Origin: an uncultured virus (IMG/VR IMGVR_UViG_3300042894_002899)
Lineage: Duplodnaviria > Heunggongvirae > Uroviricota > Caudoviricetes
Direction: 5' to 3' (one strand)
DNA: 20,000 bases
IMG/VR virus record: IMGVR_UViG_3300042894_002899
Location: 57,780-77,779 of that record
How positions within the stretch are numbered: position 1 is the stretch's first letter; every line of letters starts with the position of its first letter. The notes below the pieces were generated by a model that saw only the letters and a list, made by a program, of their open reading frames with translations, was not told the origin of the DNA and made no database searches. A program made the translations under genes and the position numbers. Positions 15,855 through 20,000 of the stretch are shown here, piece after piece.

Positions 15855-17084
15855 ATGAAAAACATTCTTATTACTGAAAATCAATTACGATTAATTACTG
15901 AGGCTTTAGGTGTTCCTGACTCAATTCTTAATATTGCTGAAGAGGTTTTTGTTATGATTTCTCTACACCTTAAATCAATTACTGAAAAGGAAGATGAATA
16001 TGTATTTCACAATTATCCTAATTACGAAATAGGTGGTAAGAAAAAAATCAAAATTGAAGAAATTGAAACAACAATAAATATTGAGCACTTCCCACAACAC
16101 ACCGGAAAACCTGAGATTTTATCAATGGGAATGGGGCAGAGTTTCCATTTTGATAGAGATGTGAAATTGAAAAAAATTGTACCATCGGTAATTGCTGAAT
16201 TAGAAGTTACTTTTGTTGTTGGTGATGAGTGGGAACCTGAGGATCTATATTGGGTATATGTTAAGGGAAAAGACAAACACTTACCTGCTATTGCTCACGA
16301 ACTAAAACACAAGTATGACAAACAAGTTAAAGAGTTAGATTTAATAGGTCGTGATGCTGAATATCAAACTACACAACGATATGGTAATTTTGGTATACCT
16401 GCGATAGATCATAAATTTATGAGGTATTTGTATTATGCTCACATGACGGAAAACTTGGTTAGACCGGTTGAAATTGCTTCTGAAATGAGACTTAATAATG
16501 TAACCAAGTCACAATTTTATAAGTTCTTAACTAACAACAGAGTTTACCAAGAATTACAAGAGATTAAAAACTTTACCTTTGAAGACTTCGTACGAATGAT
16601 CGGAGAAAGTATGGGTAGAGTAGATGCTCTTTTAGATCATTTCGGTGACGATACGTCAAATATGACTGATGACGAAAAAATCAAAAGAGTCTTAGAGTTG
16701 GTGTACATCAACTTAGTTAACAACAAGATGGAGATTTTTATGGATATGACTACTAATCGTAGAGAAGAATTAGAAAACCAATTAAGACAAATGATGGGAC
16801 AACCCGTTGACCCCATGAAAGGTGACATAGGTGACGTTAGAAAGAAGTTCTTCAACTACATTACTAAATTCAGAGACAAACCGATAGAGTTCTTCAAATC
16901 TGAAATCGAGAATTTAAATTACACCGCAAACAAAATATTGAAACGAATTTCTAAATTATATGCTATGGCTCAAGACGATGTACAAGTATCGGAATCAATT
17001 ATTAATTGGGAACTTCACCAACAATTAATGGAGAAAAAATACGGTAAAAGAAAAATAGAGACTGAGATAAGGTATAAGCGTTAA
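15855..17084 (+). CDS. Hypothetical protein with HExxH (zincin-like) motif and ITENQL leader
   Basis: AIAHELKHKYD and a downstream E in YAHMTENLVR. Confidence 0.7.
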   Translation: MKNILITENQLRLITEALGVPDSILNIAEEVFVMISLHLKSITEKEDEYVFHNYPNYEIGGKKKIKIEEIETTINIEHFPQHTGKPEILSMGMGQSFHFDRDVKLKKIVPSVIAELEVTFVVGDEWEPEDLYWVYVKGKDKHLPAIAHELKHKYDKQVKELDLIGRDAEYQTTQRYGNFGIPAIDHKFMRYLYYAHMTENLVRPVEIASEMRLNNVTKSQFYKFLTNNRVYQELQEIKNFTFEDFVRMIGESMGRVDALLDHFGDDTSNMTDDEKIKRVLELVYINLVNNKMEIFMDMTTNRREELENQLRQMMGQPVDPMKGDIGDVRKKFFNYITKFRDKPIEFFKSEIENLNYTANKILKRISKLYAMAQDDVQVSESIINWELHQQLMEKKYGKRKIETEIRYKR

Positions 17085-17121
17085 CCTTTATTTAGTTGTT
17101 ATTTTTCTCTATATTATTGAT

Positions 17122-17487
17122 ATGAGAAAAATAATATTACTAATAACATTAATCATAATGTTCTCATTCACTCAAAGTGAAAGTCAAAAAGGTACGGCAT
17201 CTTACTACGGTCAAAACTATACAGGTAGATTAACTGCGTCAGGAGAACGATTCCACAGAGATAGTTTATTTGCAGCTCACAAGACTTATAAGTTTGGTTC
17301 ATTAGTTAGGGTTACAAACCTTAAGAACGACTCTGTTAGGTATGTTAAAATTAACGATAGATTACCTAAATCCTCAAGACATATCATTGATCTCTCCTAT
17401 GGTACCGCAAAACAACTCAACTTTATTAAATCTGGTATTACCACGGTAACGATAGAGGTTGTAGGATCATTACCAATTAAAAAATAA
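17122..17487 (+). CDS. rlpA: RlpA-family (DPBB) lytic transglycosylase
   Basis: Signal peptide; GTASYYG, GRLTASGE, AAHKT, VRVTNL, INDR.P, IIDLS. Confidence 0.92.
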   Translation: MRKIILLITLIIMFSFTQSESQKGTASYYGQNYTGRLTASGERFHRDSLFAAHKTYKFGSLVRVTNLKNDSVRYVKINDRLPKSSRHIIDLSYGTAKQLNFIKSGITTVTIEVVGSLPIKK

Positions 17488-17488
17488 T

Positions 17489-17520
17489 TTTGTTTTAATA
17501 GAAAAGTTTTCTTATATTTG
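17489..17520 (+). promoter_or_regulatory. Bacteroidota primary-sigma promoter (-33/-7)
   Basis: TTTG (17489-17492), 20 nt, TATATTTG (17513-17520); ATG at 17525. Confidence 0.7.
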
Positions 17521-17524
17521 TTCC

Positions 17525-17752
17525 ATGTGGACAACTAAAGAAACTAAAAGAGAATATCGTGGTGTTGAGATCGTCAAGTATGAAGGATCCAAGATGAAGG
17601 ATTTTTTCCGAAAAAAAGACCCAAGAACATTCCAAAGTGGAGATAGTAAGTTCACTAAATGGCATTCCTACGAAGTAAACATCGAGGGGGTAAAATACCA
17701 ATTTGATAAATTGAAAGATGCTAAGGAACTTATAGACCTCAAGTTGAAATGA
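17525..17752 (+). CDS. Hypothetical protein (75 aa)
   Basis: First of a run of overlapping small ORFs. Confidence 0.75.
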   Translation: MWTTKETKREYRGVEIVKYEGSKMKDFFRKKDPRTFQSGDSKFTKWHSYEVNIEGVKYQFDKLKDAKELIDLKLK

Positions 17753-17940
17753 AGAAACCCTGTAAGGAATGTCCACACTCCATTCGTAATCGTCACAATG
17801 ATATGATTGTTGATTTCGGTCGTAGGACTGGTAAAAAACATAATTGTCATATGACAGAAGGTGTGAAGGATTTATGGAATGTTACAGATAAAAAATTAGA
17901 ATGTTATGGTTCAAAGAGAGATAATTTACGGAGTGTGTGA
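17749..17940 (+). CDS. Small Cys/His-rich, probably zinc-binding protein
   Basis: KPCKECP...HNCH...C.G. Confidence 0.7.
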   Translation: MKKPCKECPHSIRNRHNDMIVDFGRRTGKKHNCHMTEGVKDLWNVTDKKLECYGSKRDNLRSV

Positions 17941-18127
17941 TAAGACAGGGTCTTGTGATTCATATTTTGGGTTCTTCAAAACCAAAGAAGATGCTGAACA
18001 CGAAGTCCAAGTACAAGCAAATAGACTCAAAGAAGACTTGGGTTGGTTAGATATACAAATACAATCTGATAGAGCCTTGATGAACGGTAAATCAGTGGTA
18101 GTAATTCATTCATACGTATTAAGATGA
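17906..18127 (+). CDS. Hypothetical protein (73 aa)
   Basis: Overlapping ORF in operon. Confidence 0.7.
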   Translation: MVQREIIYGVCDKTGSCDSYFGFFKTKEDAEHEVQVQANRLKEDLGWLDIQIQSDRALMNGKSVVVIHSYVLR

Positions 18128-18486
18128 AAAAAATAGAAACAAAATTTGGAACCTATATGGAAAGAGAAAATGATCCTACAAAATTGACGGGTGATAAGAT
18201 CAAGGTATTTGTAGAAAGACTAAAAAAACTTGGAATTGAAATTAAACTTCAGGGTAACTTCCCTTGGGTTTATATTGATGAAATTTGTGGTATCAAAGTG
18301 AAAGAGAAATTATACGGAAATCACGGATTTACTTTGATATTTCTACCTGGTAGACTCGATAGTCCACCATCAGAGTTTACCGATATTACAGAGACCTTCA
18401 AACTAATACGAAAGTATAATAGAGAAGCATTATTAATTCAGATGATGAGGGATTCTGAAAGAGACGGATTGTATGACATTGAATGA
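18124..18486 (+). CDS. Hypothetical protein (120 aa)
   Basis: ATGA overlap; GNFPWVYID segment. Confidence 0.78.
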   Translation: MKKIETKFGTYMERENDPTKLTGDKIKVFVERLKKLGIEIKLQGNFPWVYIDEICGIKVKEKLYGNHGFTLIFLPGRLDSPPSEFTDITETFKLIRKYNREALLIQMMRDSERDGLYDIE

Positions 18487-18862
18487 GTTAAGGGTGGGTA
18501 GTATTGTGACCCACCCACTTTTCGGAACACCAACTAATGTTAAAGCGATTGCCTTTAACGGACTTTATATTGGAACCAAAGATGGTTTACCTCTTCACAT
18601 TGACGACTTCAAACCGGTTGAAATAACGGATGAGGTTTTGGAATTACTTCATTTTATTAAGATGAAAGACGCCGCACCTGGTATTGGTGAGTTTGATTGG
18701 TGGGAGACGGATGACATATCGTTAACTCATATACATAAAGGTTTGTATGGTATTGAGGGGTTAAGTGGTATTAAACCAATGAAATATGTTCACGAATTAC
18801 AAAATGTGTATTTTGTGATAACAGGAAAAGAATTAAATACAAAAAAAATATTATATTTGTAA
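18473..18862 (+). CDS. Hypothetical phage protein
   Basis: ELRVG...P.EITDE.L...YVHELQN.YF.ITGKEL pattern, recalled from Bacteroidota phage and prophage proteins. Confidence 0.78.
   Translation: MTLNELRVGSIVTHPLFGTPTNVKAIAFNGLYIGTKDGLPLHIDDFKPVEITDEVLELLHFIKMKDAAPGIGEFDWWETDDISLTHIHKGLYGIEGLSGIKPMKYVHELQNVYFVITGKELNTKKILYL
18852..18859 (+). promoter_or_regulatory. Bacteroidota-type -7 promoter box
   Basis: TATATTTG, 5 nt before the ATG at 18865. Confidence 0.5.
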
Positions 18863-18864
18863 AA

Positions 18865-19275
18865 ATGGAAAAAGTAAAAATTTATTTAGATGATGTAAGA
18901 ACACCCGTTGATCCAAGTTGGATAGTTGTTCGTTCTTACGATGAGTTCGTGAGTAAGGTAAATGAAATTGGTTTAGAAAATATTGAACTAATTTCTTTTG
19001 ACCACGACTTGGGTGATAGTGCTATGAAAGAATGGTTACATGGTGTTGTTAGAAACTATGAAATCAACTATGATAACATCACCGAAAAGACTGGTATGGA
19101 TTGTACCAAGTGGTTGGTAAATCAGTGGATGGATGGTAAACCTATTGTTAGAGTTGTTGTTCACTCAGCAAACGCTATCGGATCGGCTAACATGATGGGT
19201 TACATTAACAACTATAAACACATAAACCGTTTACCTCAAGATTGTGATAGAATATTTTGGGAACACACCGTATAA
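18865..19275 (+). CDS. Cyclic-phosphate-processing receiver-domain protein
   Basis: IYLDDVR.P, W...RSYDEF, ISFDHDLG, TG.D...WL, VHSAN..G...M. Confidence 0.8.
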   Translation: MEKVKIYLDDVRTPVDPSWIVVRSYDEFVSKVNEIGLENIELISFDHDLGDSAMKEWLHGVVRNYEINYDNITEKTGMDCTKWLVNQWMDGKPIVRVVVHSANAIGSANMMGYINNYKHINRLPQDCDRIFWEHTV

Positions 19276-19286
19276 AAAAAATAGTT

Positions 19287-19550
19287 ATGGAATTAGAAAA
19301 ATTTGAACAAGCAAAAAAAGTTAAAGAAAACCTTGATAGATTGGAAAGACAGAAGAGTAAATTGGAAACCGCTTTAGAATCTTGTTCTTTAAATGTGACG
19401 ATTGAGTTTAACCCATCAAAGGTATTTCTCACAAGGAAAGATGAGGTTAGTGTTTATGGTAAAGACGCCATTAAAGAAATGATTTCAAAAGAACTTGACA
19501 GGTTGAATAGTGAAATAGAGTTAGTAAAAGAAGAATTTGAAAAAGTATAA
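19287..19550 (+). CDS. Hypothetical coiled-coil protein
   Basis: ATG at 19287 after an A-rich leader; E/K-rich heptads. Confidence 0.72.
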   Translation: MELEKFEQAKKVKENLDRLERQKSKLETALESCSLNVTIEFNPSKVFLTRKDEVSVYGKDAIKEMISKELDRLNSEIELVKEEFEKV

Positions 19551-19569
19551 AAACCAAACAACCTAAACT

Positions 19570-19899
19570 ATGAAAATATATAAGGGAAAAGAAGTTCAGG
19601 TTAGGGTGGAACCATTTTCATCAAGAAATTACTGTATATATTACAGAGAAAAGAAGTGGTTTAATCTGTTTAATTTTTGGGAAAGGTATTGTTATACTTG
19701 GAGTTTTTCGTTTAAAGGTTCATCGTTTGATCCTAACCAACCATACCTATTCGACACATTTGACAAGGCTTTGGAAGAGGCTAAAAGATTAAAGAGTAAT
19801 CCCGAACTGATTGATAAGAATAATGAGAAGAGGTGGAAGAAATATAATGAATTACTCAACCAAGATAGAGAAGAAAGAAATCGTAGTATAACTTTATAA
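19570..19899 (+). CDS. Hypothetical protein (109 aa)
   Basis: ORF with A-rich leader. Confidence 0.72.
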   Translation: MKIYKGKEVQVRVEPFSSRNYCIYYREKKWFNLFNFWERYCYTWSFSFKGSSFDPNQPYLFDTFDKALEEAKRLKSNPELIDKNNEKRWKKYNELLNQDREERNRSITL

Positions 19900-19912
19900 A
19901 AGAATATAAGAA

Positions 19913-20000
19913 ATGGAAAATTTAAATAGTGTATGTTATGTTGGTGTGATCGGTGAGATCCGACCAATAGAAGGGGCAGATAACATCGAACTTGCTATGG
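19913..20000 (+). CDS. N-terminus of a probable DRB0094-family RNA ligase (truncated by the window end); not in ORF track
   Basis: MENLNSVCYVGVIGEIRPIEGADNIELAM matches the I.PIEGAD.IE.A OB-fold start of this family; only 29 codons visible. Confidence 0.65.
   Translation, partial: MENLNSVCYVGVIGEIRPIEGADNIELAM

Noticed and set aside
1754..19967. Short antisense or nested ORFs in the track (e.g. 1754-2071, 2446-2703, 4390-4590, 5652-5876, 8453-8656, 11387-11656, 16022-16276, 19692-19967)
   Set aside because: They overlap well-supported genes and lack motifs; most likely shadow ORFs
1..20000. Stop-codon recoding as in some large Bacteroidota phages
   Set aside because: Genes are intact and densely packed in code 11; TAG (6454, 11642, 12399) and TGA both end genes at sensible positions
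1..20000. CRISPR array, tRNA, rRNA, integrase or transposase
   Set aside because: No repeat-spacer pattern, cloverleaf or mobile-element motif was seen by eye

Overview
AT-rich, gene-dense segment that looks like part of a large (jumbo-type) tailed phage genome, probably infecting Bacteroidota. Host-type TTTG-N19/20-TAnnTTTG promoters are present and Shine-Dalgarno sites are not evident. No capsid, terminase or portal gene is in the window, so phage identity is inferred from gene content. Recognisable genes: DUF932, thioredoxin, glutaredoxin, type II glutamine synthetase, DUF3310, a beta-class DNA methyltransferase, DUF192, NUDIX, a lipoprotein, a peptidoglycan-binding protein, a P-loop kinase, a calcineurin-like phosphoesterase, RlpA, a cyclic-phosphate-processing receiver-domain protein and the start of a DRB0094-like RNA ligase. 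Main observations: (1) a shortened, motif-less MetK-like protein whose start codon lies in a hairpin; (2) a dispersed RNA-repair set plus an unannotated ArfA-like peptide; (3) two promoter classes, one being an ATATTTAT motif that marks genes whose products share an N-terminal (I/L)xE leader; (4) two tandem paralogues with shared ends and different middles, one carrying a glycine zipper and an annexin-like repeat. All family assignments come from motif recognition by eye and memory, with no database search.
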